Shown: positions 10,801 to 25,800 of the stretch, one piece after another | How the letters are laid out: each line of letters begins with the position of its first letter | How positions within the stretch are numbered: position 1 is the first letter of the stretch | Program-made: the position numbers and the translations under genes | Assembly: GCA_038087875.1 (NCBI GenBank) | Contig: CM075999.1 | Span: forward strand, 498,001-562,000 | Length of the DNA stretch: 64,000 nt | DNA from: Malacoraja senta | Lineage: Eukaryota | Reading direction: 5' to 3' | Notes under the pieces: generated by a model | Databases searched by the model: none | Told to the model about the DNA's origin: nothing | What the model saw: only the letters and a program-made list of their open reading frames with translations

Positions 10801-13800
10801 CTGCCAAAGCTAGATACAATCCACAAATTTTCCAGTCGACATCTTGTGCAGAATTTCGCTCAAATGTATCAAACAATTGCCTCAGATCACATTTGTTTTT
10901 TTGAGGTGTTGCTCAACTGCGTCAAATTCCATTACAGGGAAACAGTTGTTAAACTATTGAAATATCGTGGTACTTGCAGCATGCTAAATTACTTCCTCTA
11001 TTTCCACAGTTCCAGTCGAGGAATCAAATCCCACTACTTACAACGTGATGTTCATTGTTGACAGTCTGTCTATTGAAGAAATTCAAGACAACCCCTCACA
11101 AACAGCAACCATGATTGCATCTGAGGTGAGAGAGTTTACAAGTTAGTTTACTGATGATGTTTTACTTCATCGTACCCTTTTTATTTCTCATTCTGACTCA
11201 ATTATTGTTACTGCCTTCAGCTCACCGACCTGTTCGAAAATAGCAGTATCAACACTACATTCTTGACATGTGTTGTGGAATCCTTCAGGTAACTCAAAAT
11301 AACTTTCCTATTAAATGATAAAAAAACCATCCTTTAATTTCCAATTGTTAACGCTCAATAATTCCAATTTGCAAACGCATTAAACTCATAAGTAAATTTC
11401 CCACAAATATCACGTAGAATTAATATAAATTCTACCAGAAAAAAGCACATTGTACTGGAGTCTCCTGGTGAGTCAGGCAGCAAATCTGTAAACCCTGGCG
11501 AGGCAAAGTTTTGTAGTAGGGGGGTCCAGTCGTCAGTTTTTTGGTGACCTGTTACGACTATGACAGTCGCCGGCAGTCGCCGAAAATATCGCTTAAGTGG
11601 GACAGGCCCATATTGCTCTAAGCTACTCCTCGGAATATGAGGTGCTGTTCCTCCAGTTTAAGTGTGGCCTCACTCTGGAAATGGATGAGGCCCAGGACAG
11701 GCAGTTCGGTTTGGGAAAGGAAAGGGGAGTTAAATTGTTTTTGAACCGGGATTTCCAGCAGACCTTGGCCGACTGCATGGGTTCGGCGAAAAAGTCACCT
11801 AGACACTGTTTGGTCTTGCTAACGTATAGGACACCACATAAGGTGCATCAAATGCAGTAGCTGGTGTTAGTGACAGGTGGGGTGTAAACTAAGGATGAGG
11901 GGAACTCTATCCTTTCTCCGTCTGGGTGAGAGTGATGTGAGAGCAGATCTAGAGGAGATTCGGGTAAGGGATCCATCTAAAACAGCCAAGGCTAATCTAC
12001 TGTTACATTAGAAAGATTACATCTTGGATGTCCTAGAATGGGAAGTCACATCATGGGTGAAGATGGGGCGGAGACGGACAAATTGAGTCGGATTGCTCCG
12101 AACATTGCTTAGACACCAGTAATGAGCCACGGCAACATTTCAGCTGTGCTCTTGCTGGCACTTCAAACATCTTTGCACTAAATTATTTTGCACTAAATGT
12201 CTTTTGCTTTTTCGCAGAGAGGAAATGGTTAACAGCACCAGAGTGACAGCTAAATGTTCATTCCAAAACGTGTCCACCATGGAACCCATCAACCGAGAAG
12301 ATGTTTATGATGTATTTAGGGAGAAGACCGATGACATTTCCTCACTGGGGCCATACGAACTGCAAAGCTACAGCCTCTATGTAGACGGTACTTATCAAAA
12401 TATTCCTTGGTATTTCTCTTCATATTGTATTTGTGCAATCTACGGTAACTATTGATTTATAGTCAAGTTCCTTGGTATTTACATATTTAGATCAGGAACA
12501 ACCAGGCATGATATCCTATAGGATCTGAGAAAGCAAACCTTAAAATCATTCACAGTCTTGCTCTTCGGAGCCTGCCTTTGCACAAACACACTGCCTCATT
12601 GGTATGACCCACTCTCAAAAGCGTTTTCTTCCTGATAAATGTTCAAGGAGAGGTAAAAAAAATACCCCATTAAAAAGTTACATGCTTTTTTAGAAGAATT
12701 AAAGTGCTAGAGTAACTCAGCGGGTCAGGCAGCATCACTGGAGAATGTGAATGGGTGACATTTTAGCCTGAGATCCTTCTTCAGACTGATTGTGGGGTGG
12801 TGGGGGGAGAAGAAAGCTGGAAGAGAAGGGAGGCAGTACAAAGCAAGTCATTAATAGGTGAACACAGGTGAAGTAGAGTTTGGATACACAGAAGGTTGGA
12901 CAAAGGCCAGTGACGAAAAAACATAAGGGGTCAGGGAAAAGGATTGTAGAGATGCAAATTTGAAGCCAGAAAAAGGAATGTAGATGGAGGGCAAGGGGAA
13001 GGAGTTTCATCGGTGCGTGCCCAGGTGTTGTTGTGGTTGAAGGGTTTTTAAAGGTTGCCTAAACTTGAACATTTAAAGTTCTACCTATATTTCTCTGTTT
13101 GTTTTCAGATTTCAATGTACAGCCCAATGTCAATGGTGAGTTTGTATCAAATGCATCAAACAATTGGCACATGTTACATTTGTTCTTCTCCATCTATTGT
13201 ATAAACTTTGTAGAAATCCAGTCCAGGAAAACAGTTTTTAAACTCTTTGAAAATCGTGGTACTCACAACATGCTAAATTGCTTACTCTATTTCCACAGTT
13301 CCAGTTCCAATCGAGGTAACAAATCCCATTGAATACAACGTGACTTTCATTGTTGACAATCTGTCTATTGAAGAAATTCAAGCAAACCCTTCAGAAACAG
13401 AAACCATGATTGCAAATGAGGTGAGAGAGTTTACCAATTAGTTTTCTGCTGATATGGTACTTATTTGTCCCCTTTTTATGTCTCATTCTAACACCATTTT
13501 TCTTGCCCTCAGCTCACAGACCTGTTTGAGAACAGCAGTATCAATGCAACATTCTTAAAATGTGCTGTGAAATCATTCAGGTAACTTACAATATCTTTCT
13601 GATTAAATCATGAAAATTGCATTCCTTTGTCTCCAAATTGTTAATGCACAGTGATTCCAAATGGTAAAGATGATATTCCCATAAACACATTTCCTACAAA
13701 TATCAGTGCAAAGTCAATGTAAATGCTAACAGAAAAAGACACGATGCAGAGAGACAGATGAACTCTGTCTTCAACCCTTGCAGCTGGATGGTGATCATAG

Positions 13801-16800
13801 CAAGGGTAGGTGCCGGGATTCACCAGGAGGTGAAATGTGTGGGAAGGAATGGCAGATGTTGGTTTACACCGAAGATAGACACAAAATGCTGGAGTAACTC
13901 AGTGGGACAGGCAGCATCTCTGGAAAGAAGGATAGAAGGATGGGAAACATCTCCCATTCCTTCTATTCGGAGATGCTGCCTGTCCCGCTTCTATCTTCAG
14001 TATTCACCAGTAACCAGGCTTGAGTCGACCAAATAAGATAAAAAATCTTTCAACTGAAGTCACTATTACAGTAATGGCGATTTCAGGGAAAAGAGCAATC
14101 TTCACAAAAGAAGTGAGATACTGACCACAACGGGGTATTGATTGGGGACGATCAGCCATGATCACAATGAATGGCGGTGCTGGCTAGAAGGGCCGAATGG
14201 CCTCCTCCTTCACCTATTTTCTATGTTTTTATGTTTCTATGATGTGCTCGAGTATCTCAGCGGGTCCGTCGGCATATCTGGAGAACATGGCTTGGCAGAG
14301 TTTTGGGTTGGGCCCTTCTCAGACTGATTGCAGTCGGGGTGAGAAAGCTGCAAGAGAGGTGGAAAGGGGATGACAACGTGTGGCAAGTGATGCGAGGATA
14401 TAAGTGATGGGGAGGGTGCAGTTGATTGGCAAATGGTTGCTGAAATCTCCAGAGATGAAAAGACAAAAGGTTCAATACAGGGAATTAGGCGTAGAAGTCA
14501 AATTAATTATGAAAGTTGAGGAAGCATAGTGGAAGGGGAGAATGGAGGGAGGGGACGGGTGGAAGGGAAAGCGGGAAATGGGTGCATATTCAGGTGTAGC
14601 ACAGGGAAGAGTCGGGGAAATTGATGGGGAAGGGGAGCATTTGTAGGTTGACACGTAAAATTGAACAACTCATTTTTCATACAGTTAGTTTGTAGGTCAC
14701 GTAAAATTATTCATATTGTTAGGCTCCAAACATACACATCAGATTATGAGGTGCTTTTCCTCCAGCTTAAATGTGGTCTCCCACTGGCTATCGATCAGGC
14801 TTGACACAGACACGTCGATATGGGAATGGGAAGGGGAGTTAAAATCTTTTGCAACTGGGAAACCCAGCAGACCTTGGTCGACCCTGCACCTGTGCGGAAA
14901 AAAATGGTCACCTAGACGATGCTGGGATATAAAGGAGACCACATCTAGAGCAGCAAATGCAGGAGATGGGTTTAGAGACTGGTGTGTGAATTTTAAGAAT
15001 GAGGGGCACTCTCTCCTGGGTCAGTCTGGGTGAAGGGGATGCAAGAGCAGAAATATAGAAGACGTGGGTGAGGGATCCTTCTGAGACAGCACAGGGTAAT
15101 CCACGTCTACTAAAAAAAGGACATATGAGATGCCTAGAATGGGAAAGCATCATGGAATCAGATGCGACGGAGATGAATAAACTGAGTATTGGATTTCTCT
15201 GACAATTACTTCTACCGCTGTAAAAAGCCACAGCAACATTTCAGGTGTGCTCTTTCTAACATTGCAACTACTTTGCACTAAATTATTTTTATAAATGTCT
15301 TTTGCTTTTTTGCAGAGAGGTCATGGCTAACAGTACCAGAGTGACAGCTGATTGTTCATTCCAAAATGTATCCACCATGGAACCCATCAAGCAAGAAGTG
15401 GTTTATGATGTATTTAGAGAGAGGACCCATAACATTACTGCACTGGGACAATATCCATTGCAAAGCGACAGCCTCCATGTAGAAGGTACTTATCAAAATA
15501 ATCCTCAATTTCTTTCTATGTATTCTTTTACATGCAATCTACCGTAGATGTTGACGGAGTCAAGTCCTTTGGTAATTACATATTCAGATCCGGGAGGATC
15601 AGGTATGATGTCCGATGGGCTTTGGGAAAGTGAATCTTGAAGTCATTCATGAAAGTCATCCTGACTAACAGGAGGGAGAAATAGGCACGAGTCCAGTTGG
15701 GTCACCGGAGAGGGAGGTGGGGTGGGGTGCGATTTGTTCGAGGATACTTAAAATTGGAAAACTCAAAGTTCATACTGTTGGTTGTAAACTGTCTTTGTTT
15801 GTTTCTTTGCTTCCAGGTTACACAATGCAGCCCGTTGTCATTGGTGAGTTTGGGCTTCCATTGAATTATTTCGGGTTTCTTTGGTTATTCACTGCTTTCA
15901 TGACTCATCCAGCACCCATATTCTGCAAGAATATTCGTTGAAACTCGTGAAATGATGCCTTGCCCTTTGCTCACAAATACAATCTTGATTGAGAAATGAA
16001 TGAATTGAAAACTTTCCTTGCTGTTCGCAAGGTATTTTTATAACAAAAGCAATTTTGATACCGATTGCTCTGCCAAAGCTAGATACAATCCACAAATTTT
16101 CCAGTCGACATCTTGTGCAGAATTTCGCTCAAATGTATCAAACAATTGCCTCAGATCACATTTGTTTTTTTGAGGTGTTGCTAAACTGCGTCAAATTCCA
16201 TTACAGGGAAACAGTTGTTAAACTATTGAAATATCGTGGTACTTGCAGCATGCTAAATTACTTCCTCTATTTCCACAGTTCCAGTCGAGGAATCAAATCC
16301 CACTACTTACAACGTGATGTTCATTGTTGACAGTCTGTCTATTGAAGAAATTCAAGACAGCCCCTCACAAACAGCAACCATGATTGCATCTGAGGTGAGA
16401 GAGTTTACAAGTTAGTTTACTGATGATGTTTTACTTCATCGTACCCTTTTTATTTCTCATTCTGACTCAATTATTGTTACTGCCTTCAGCTCACCGACCT
16501 GTTCGAAAATAGCAGTATCAATACTACATTCTTGACATGTGTTGTGGAATCCTTCAGGTAACTCAAAATAACTTTCCTATTAAATGATAAAAACTGCATC
16601 CTTTAATTTCCAATTGTTAACGCTCAATAATTCCAATTAGCAAACGCATTAAACTCATAAGTAAATTTCCCACAAATATCACATAGAATTAATATAAATT
16701 CTACAAGAAAAAGGTACAATGTACTAGAGTCTACTAGCGAGTCAGGCAGCAATTCTGTAATTGCTGGCGAGGCAAATTTTTGTCGTGGGGGGGTCCAATC

Positions 16801-19800
16801 GCCGGTTTTTCGGTGACCTGCTACAACTATGACAGTCGCCGGCAATCGTCGAAAATATCGCTTAAGTGGGACAGACGCATAAGGCTCTAAGCTACTCTTT
16901 GAAATATGAGGTACTGTTCCTCCAGGTTGAGTGTGGCATCACTCTGCAATGGATGAGGCCCAGGCTAGAGAGATTTGTTTGGGAAAGGAAAGGGGAGTTA
17001 AATTGTTTTTGAACCAGGATTTCCAGCAGACCTTGGACGACTGCACATGTTTGGCGAAAAACTGACCTAGATACTGTTTGGTCTTGCTAACGTATGGGAC
17101 ACCACATAAGGTGCAGCAAATGCAGTAGGTGGTGTTAGTGACAGGTGGGGTGTAAACTAAGGATGGGGGGAACTCTATCCTTGTTCCATCTGGGTGAAAG
17201 TGGTGTGAGAGCAGATCTAGGGGAGACTTGGGTGAGGGATCCATCTAAAACAGCCAAGGCTAATATATATTTACACTAGAAAGACGACATCATTGATGCC
17301 CTAGAATGGGAAGCCACATCGTGGTTCAAGATGGGCTGGAGACGGACAAATTGAGAGTCGGATTTCTCTGACCATTTCTAGACACCAGTAATCAGCCACG
17401 GCAACATTTCAGCTGTGCTCTTGCTGGCATTGCAAACAACTTTGCACTAAATTCTTTTGCACTTATCACAAATGTCATTTGCTTTTTCGCAGAGAGGAAA
17501 TGGTTAACAGCACCAGAGTGACAGCTAAATGTTCATTCCAAAATGTGTCCACTATGGAACCCATCAACCGAGAAGTTGTTTATGATGTATTTAGCGAGAA
17601 GACCGATGATATTTCCTCACTGGGGCCATACTTACTGCAAAGCTACAGCCTCTATGTAAATGGTACTTATCAAAATATTCCTTGGTGTTTCTCTTCATAT
17701 TGTACTTGTGCAATCTATGGTAACTATTGATTTATGGTCAAGTTATTTGGTATTTACATATTTAGATCAATGACAACCAGGCATGATATCCTATAGGATC
17801 TGAGCAAGCAAACCTTAAAATCATTAAGTCTTGCTCTTTGGAGTCTGCCTTTGCACAAACACACTGCCTCACTGGTATGACCCACTCATAAGAGTGTTTT
17901 CTTCCTGATAAATTTTCAAGTAGAGGCAAAAAAAAAAGACCCCATTAAAAAGTTACATGCTTTTTTAGAAGGCACAAAGTGCTAGAGTAATTCAGCGGGT
18001 CAGGCAGCATCACTGGAGAACGTGAATGGGTGACATTTCAGCTCGAAATCCTTCTTCAAACTGATTGTGAGGTGGTGGGGGGAGAAGAAAGCTGGAAGAG
18101 AAGGGAGGCAGTACAAAGCACATCATTAATAGGTGGACACAGGTGAAGTAGAGTTTGGATATGCAGAAGGTTGGACAAAGCGAATGACGAAAAAGCATAA
18201 GGGGTGAGGGAAAAAGATTGAAGAGATGCAAATTTGATGCCAGCAGAAGGAATGTAGATGGAGGGAAAGGGGGAGGAGTTTAATAGGTGCGAGCCCAGGT
18301 CAGTCACAGTGTTGTTGTGGTTGGTGGGTTTTTAAAGTTTGCCTAAATTTGAAGAATTTAAAGTTCATGCCATTGGATTGGTCCTACATATATTTCCTTG
18401 TTTGTTTTCAGATTTCACTGTACAGCCCGATGTCAATGGTGAGTTTGTATTAAATGCATCAAACAGTTGCCTCATGTTACATTTGTTCGTCTCCATCTGT
18501 TGTTTAAACTGTGCAGAATTTCATCAACGTTGAACAGACGTTTTTTATGACTTCTTAGATCAAATGCCTTTTAGACACCTGCACTTGAAAAACTGTCTTA
18601 CCAGTGGACCTTGACAAATAATTCCCATGTTGCACCACTGCTTTCATTAACATTAAAATAACCTGAGAAGCAAATTGCTGTGATTTATTGGGCGAAGGAT
18701 TTTATGACTAGGTCAGCTGTCAAAGAGCAAGATGACAAAAAATAATGTCAAAACACATATAACAGGTGTACTATAAGATCCAAGAAATTTGAATTCCAAT
18801 TGTCTTGGAACATATCCTTGGAACATATCCTTGAATTAGTTTGGAGCATTTTATGTATGTACACATTTTTGATGAATTCATAGCTTTTAATAACATTGTT
18901 CCAATTGTTTCTTCGAAATTTTCTTTACAGAGCCACCAATAGTTCCTGAGCAAAATAATCCAAACAATCAAGAGAATCCAGGTAACTCAGCTATATGCTC
19001 TGCGCACATCAAGTATATGGAGATCTCCAAGTACTAAAAGCATTCATAATTCACAAAGAACCACAAAATAAAACCAAAACTGTTCTCCGCCCACTATCAC
19101 TACAATGAGTCAGGTGGTGGATGATCAGGATTGGATCTCCCAGTATGATATTTTATAGCTTTCATTATAATTGAAGGGAAGTTGTGGATGAAGAAGGAAC
19201 AGTAGAGGCTTTGATTCCAAAGGGGAGACATAAGAGATTACAGATGCTGGAAACTGGAGCAAACAACAAACTGCTGGAGGAACTCAGTAAGTCCGGCAAT
19301 ACCTGTGGAAGGAAATGGATAGACAACATTTCAGATCTGAACTTGAATGTCAACTGTCCATTACCTTCTCAGATACTCCTGGAATGCTAGGTTACAACAG
19401 CAGTTTGTTTTCTCCTTATAATTGTAAAAAAAAAGAATCAAAATAACAACAAAGCATTGCACAACCTCAGCATGACCTAGACCACTTCACAACAAACTGA
19501 GCACTAATGAAATGTAATCTCTGATTTCAAATGTTGAATTGCTTATTCTATTTCCATAGTTACATTTCCAAATGAGGTAATAATTCCCATTGAATACAAC
19601 GTGACATTCATTGTTGACAGTCTGTCTATTGAAGAAATTCAAGCAAACACTTCAGATACAGCAACCATGATTGCAGCTGAGGTGAGAGATTTGTATAGAT
19701 ACTTCCCTGCTGATATATTACTTCATCCTTCCTTTTTCATCTCTCATTCTGACACAATTTTTCTTAATGCCCTCAGCTCACAGACCTGTTCAAAAACAGC

Positions 19801-22800
19801 AGTATCAATGCGACATTCTTAAAGTGTGTTGTGGAATTATTCAGGTAACTACAGTAATTTTCCTATTACGCTACGCAAATTACATTCCTTTGCCTCGACC
19901 CGAAACGTTGCCTATTCCTTCTCTCCATAGATGCTGCCTCACCCGCTGAGTTCCTCCAGCATTTTTGTCTACCTTCCTTTAACTTCCAATTGTTCATGCT
20001 CTGCTTCCAACTTGCAAACCAAAATGTTTCATAAGCAAATTTCCCACAAAATTTAATGCAGAGTTAATATAAATTCTATCAGAAAAAAACCCATATTATA
20101 CTGGAGTATCTCAACGGGACAGACAGCAAATGACTAGTCAAGGTTTTGGATCGGGCCCTTTTCAGACTGATTGCAGTAGGGGTGAGAAACCTGGACGAGG
20201 TGTGGTGAAAGGTTTGGACAATGTGAACTCTGTCCTTGTTCCGTCTGGGTGAGGGTGATGTGAGAGCAGATCTAGAAGGTGACGATGGGGCAAGGCTAAT
20301 TCACATTTATCAAGAAAGTGCACATCTCTGATGCCCTAAAATGGGATGCCTCATTGTGGGAGCAGATGTGGCGGAGACGGACAAATTGAGAGTCGGATTT
20401 CTCTGACCATTGCTTCTCCTCTTGTAATCAGCCACGGAAACATTTCAGCTGTCCTCTTGCTAACACTGCAAACAAATTTGCACCAAATTCATTTCCACTT
20501 ATTACAAATGTCTTTTGCGTTTTTTCCAGAGAGGTAATGGTTAACAACACCAGAGTGACAGCTAAATGTTCATTCCAAAACGTGTCCACCATGGAACCCA
20601 TCAACCGAGATGATGTTTATGATGTATTTAGAGAGAAGACCATTAACATTTCCTCACTGGGTCCATACGGGCTGCAACCCAACAGCCTCTATGTAGACGG
20701 TACTTATCAAAATATTCCATGGTGTTTCTCTTCATATTGTATTTGTGCAATCTACGGTAACTATTGACTTATAGTCAAGTTCTTTGGTATTTACATATTT
20801 AGATCAGTGACAACCAGGTATGATATCCTATGTCATCAGAGAAAGCAAACCTGGAGCACAAGATGATGAGGGGTGATCTTATAGAGGTGTATAAAATCAT
20901 GAGAGGAATAGATCGGTTAGATGTACAGAGATGCTCTTGCGCAGAGTAGGGGAATCGAGGACCAGAGGACATGGGTTTAAGGTGAAAAAGTTTAATGGGA
21001 ATCTGGGGGGTCAAATTTTCACACAAAGGGTGGAGTGTGTATGGAATGAGATGCCAGAAGAGGTTGTTGAAGCAGGGACTATCGCAACGTTTAAAACAAA
21101 GTTAGACAAGTACATGGATAGGACTGGTTTTGAGGGATATGGATAAAACGCAGGCAGGTGGGACTATTTTAGTTAGGACGTTGGCTAGTGTGGACAAATT
21201 GCGCTGAAGGGCCTGTATCCACGCAGTATGACTCTATGATTCTAAGGCATCCTCACTTACAGGAGGGGTGAAATAGGTGTGAATCCAGGTAGGGCAGAGA
21301 AGGGGGGTGGGGGGGGAGGGGTGGGGGGCTTTGTTAGAGGTTACTTTAAATTGGAAAATTCAAAGTTCATCCTGTTGGTTGTAACCTACCTATGTTTCTT
21401 TCTTTGCTTCCAGGTTACACTGTGCAGCCCATCGTCACGGGTGAGTTTGGGTTTCCATTTAATTGTTTCAGGAATCTTTGGTTATTCACTGCATTTATGA
21501 CACTTCCACCACCCATATTCTACTAGATTATCAGTTGAAACTCGGGAAATTATGCCTTGTCCTTTGTTCACAAATACAATCTTGATTGAGAAATGAATGA
21601 ATTGAAAACTTTCCTTGCTGATGGCAAGGTTTATGTTTCTTAACAAAGCAAAAGCTGCTTTGGTACCTACTTTTCAGCCTTAAGCTGGGAACAACTCACA
21701 AACATTCTCATCTACATCTTGTGCAGAATTTCACTCAAATGTATCAAACAATTGCCTCAGATCACAATTATTCTACTCGACCTGTTGCTTAAAGAGCCTG
21801 TCCCACTGTACGAGGTAATTCAAGGTAATTTTGCCGAGTTTTCCCCTGATTCGAACTCGGAGAATGTCCGTAGCGGGTCAGTTGGAGTTTGTGGATGTCT
21901 CGTAGTGGCTCGTACGAGTAAAAAGTAAATTTTTTTATCATCACGAGTATTTTTTTACTCGTGGACATTTATCACAGTGTTGAAAAAACGTCACGAGTTT
22001 ACTGGATTTCCCGAGTACCTACCGCTACTCATACGAGCCGCTACGAGTCATCCACGAGCTCCTACGGACCCACTACGGACATTCTCAGAGTTCGAATCAG
22101 GGGAAAACTCGAGAGAACTCTTGAATTATCTCGTACAGTGGGACAGGCCCTTAAGCTGTGTAGAAAACCATAACTGGGAAACTGTTCTTAAACTATTTTA
22201 AAATCAGCGTGCTAAATTGCTTACTATATTTCCACAGTTCCAGTTCCAATCGACTTAACAAATGACATTAATTACAACGTGACGTTCATTGTTGTTAGTC
22301 TGCCAATTGAAGAAATTCAAAGAAACTCTTCAGAAACAGCAACCCTCATTGCAGCTGAGGTGAGAACGTTATACAAGGTCGTTTTCTGCTGATATATTAC
22401 TTCATCGTTCCCTCTTTTTTTCTCATTCTAACACAATTTTTCTTACTGTCCTCAGATCATAGACCTGTTCGAAAACAGCCGTATCAATGCAACATTCTTA
22501 ACATGTGTTGTCGAATCATTCAGGTAACTCACAGTCACTTTCCTATCAATTATCAATATTGCTTCCTTTAATTTCCAATTGTTCTCGCACAGTGTTTCCA
22601 ATTTGCAAACACGATAATCTCATAAACACATTTCCTGCAAATATCATTGTGGAGTCAATATTCATTCTTATATATTCATAGGTGCAAGTCCAGGTGGGGC
22701 ACAGGAGAGAGATGCGGGGTGGGGGTGGTTTGTTGGAGCTTACTTAAAATTGAAAAATTCAAGACACAATGTTGTGCAGTACCTCAGTGGGTCATGCAGC

Positions 22801-25800
22801 AAACCTGGATATTATGGCTAGGTAATGTTTTGGGTCGGGCCCTTCTTCAGACCAACAGCAGTTGGTGTGAGAAAGTTGGAAGAGAGAGGGGAAGAGGATG
22901 TCAAAATATGGCAAGTGATAGGAGTATACAGATGAGGGGGGTTTAGATTGGCAAATGGTTGGTCAAATTCCACTGAAGAAGACAACTAGTTTCGTATAGG
23001 GAGAAACCTTAAAGAGGCATTAAATATAAAGCCAGAGGAAGGAAAACTTGTGGAATAGCAGAATGGGGGGTTGGGACCATTGAGAAATGGGTCCACACCC
23101 AGGTGTAGCACAGGGAAGGTTGGGGAGAAAGGGAAGGTGGCATTTGTAGGTTAGTTACGTTAAATTGGAGGATTCATTGTTCATACTGTTCGGCTCTAAG
23201 CTACTCTTCGGAATTTGAGGTGCTGTTCCTCTAGTTTTAGTGTGGCCTCACTCTGGCAATGGATGAGGCCCAGGATAGACCGGTCGGTAAGGGAATGGGA
23301 AGGGGAGATAAAATGTTATAAAACTGGGAGATCCAGTAGGCCTTGGTCGACACTGCACGTGTTCAGCTAAATGGTCACCTAGACTATGCTTGGTCTTGCC
23401 AACGTAAAGGAGACCACATCAGGAGCACCAAATGCAGTAGATGAGGTTCAAGACTGGAGGGATGAAAGCTAAGGATGAGGGGAACTCTATCCTTGTTCCG
23501 TCTGGGTGAGGCAGATGCGAGAGCAGAATTAGATGAGACGTGAGTGAGGGATCCATCTATGACAACCAGTGGTAATCCATGTTTACTCAAGAAAGGGCAT
23601 ATCTCAGATTACCTAGAATGGGAAGCCCATTCCCATGGGAGTGGGAGCAGATGCGGCGGAGATGGACAAATTGAGAGTCGGCTTTCCGTGACCATTGCTT
23701 CTACCCTTATAATCAGCCACAGCAATGTTTAGCTGTGCTCTTGCTTAAACTGCAAACAACTTTGCATTAAATTCTTTTACACTTATCACAAATGTCTTTT
23801 GCTTTTTCGCAGAGAGGTAATGGTTAACAACACCAGAGTGACAGCTAAATGTTCATTCCAAAACGTGTCCACCATGGAACCCATCAACCGAGAAGATGTT
23901 TATGATGTACTTAGAGAGAAGACCATTAACATTTCCTCACTGGGGCCATACTTACTGCAAAGCTACAGCCTCTATGTAAACGGTACTTATCAAAATATTC
24001 CCCGATGTTTCTCTTCATATTGTACTTGTGCAAACTACGGTAACTATTGATTTATAGTTCTTTGGTATTTACATATTTAGATCAGGGACAGCCAGGTATG
24101 ATATCCTATGTGATCAGAGAAAGCAAACCTTAAAATCATTCACAGTCTTGCTCTTTGGAGCCTGCATTTGCACAAACACACTGCCTCACTGGTATGACCC
24201 ACTCATAAGAGTGTTTTCTTCCTGATAAATGTTCAAGAAGAGGGGAAAAAAACTCCTCCATTAAAAGGTTACATGCTTTTTTAGTAGACACAAAGTGCTA
24301 GAGTAACTCAGCGGGTCAGGCGGCATCACTGGAGAACGTGAATGGGTGACATTTCAGCAAGAGATCTTTCTTCAGACTGATTGTGGGCTGGTGGCGGGAG
24401 AAGAAAGCTGGAAGAGAAGGGAGGCAGTACAAAGCACGTCAGTTAATAGGTGAACATGTGAGGTAGAGTTTAGAGACGCTGAAGGTTGGACGAAGGGTAG
24501 AGATGAAAAAACATAAGTTTTGAGGGAAAAGGATTGAAGAGTTGCAAATTTGATGCCTGGGGCAGGAATTTAGGTGGAGGGCAAGGAGGAGGAGTTTAAT
24601 TTGTGCGAGCCCAGGTGGGACACAGTGTTGTTGTGGTTGGTGGGATTTTAACGATGGCCTAAACTTGACAAATTTAAAGATCATGCCATTGGATTGGAAT
24701 CTACCTCTGTTTCCTTGTTTGTTTTCAGATTTCAATGCACACCCCAATGACAATGGTGAGTTTGTATCAAGTGCATCAAACAATTGGCTCACGTTACATT
24801 TGTTCTTCTCCATCTGCTGCTTCAACTCTGTAGAAATCCAGTAATGGGAAACAGTTTTTAAACTATTTTAAAATCGTGGTACTTTCAACATGCTAAATTG
24901 CTTACTCTATTTCCACAGTTCCAGTTCCAATCGAGGTAACATATCCCATTGAATACAACTTGACTTTCATTATTGACCGTTTGTCTATTGAAAAAATTCA
25001 AGCAAACAATTCAGATGCAGCAACCATGATTGCAGCTGAGGTGAGAGATTTGTACAAGATAATTCCCTGCTGATATATTACTTCAACTTTCCATTTTCAT
25101 CTCTCATTCTGACACAGTTTTTCTTAATGCCCTCAGCTCACAGACCTGTTCAAAAACAGCAGTATCAATGCGACATTCTTAAATTGTGTTGTGGAATCAT
25201 TCAGGTAACTACAGTAATTTTCCTATTACGCTACGCAAATTACATTCCTTTGTCTCGACCTGAAACGTTGCCTATTCCTTCTCTCCATAGATGCTGCCTC
25301 ACCCGCTGAGTTCCTCCAGCATTTTTGTCTACCTTCCTTTAACTTCCAATTGTTCATGCTCTGCTTCCAACTTGCAAACCAAAAAGTTTCATAAGCAAAT
25401 TTCCCACAAATTTCATTGCAGAGTTAATATAAATTCTATCAGAAAAAACCCCATATTATACTGGAGTATCTCAACGGGACAGACAGCAAATGACTAGACA
25501 AAGTTTTGGACCTGGCCCTTTTCAGACTGATTGCAGTAGGGGTGAGAAACCTGGACGAGGTGTGGTGAAAGCTTTGGATGATGTGAACTCTGTCCTTGTT
25601 CCGTCTGGGTGAGGGTGATGTGAGAGCAGATCTAGAAGGTGACGATGGGGCAAGGCTAATTCACATTTATCAAGAAAGTGCACATCTCTGATGCCCTAAA
25701 ATTGGATGCCTCATTGTGGGAGCAGATGTGGCGGAGACGGACAAATTGAGAGTCGGATTTCTCTGACCATTGCTTCTCCTCTTGTAATCAGCCACGGAAA

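Larger units (their letters stand above)
1..16600. repeat. Tandem block I: ~5.26 kb dimeric unit (two SEA modules), ~3.2 copies
   Basis: GY-type exon A recurs at 24, 5280, 10549 and 15817 (spacing 5256, 5269, 5268); introns are near-identical. End is approximate. Confidence 0.93.

Noticed and set aside
1..16600. Near-identical repeats as a pure assembly artefact
   Set aside because: Each copy has private substitutions and indels (e.g. a 10-bp deletion near 2480 relative to ~7735; GYTVPP in module 5). The exact copy number still needs read-depth confirmation.
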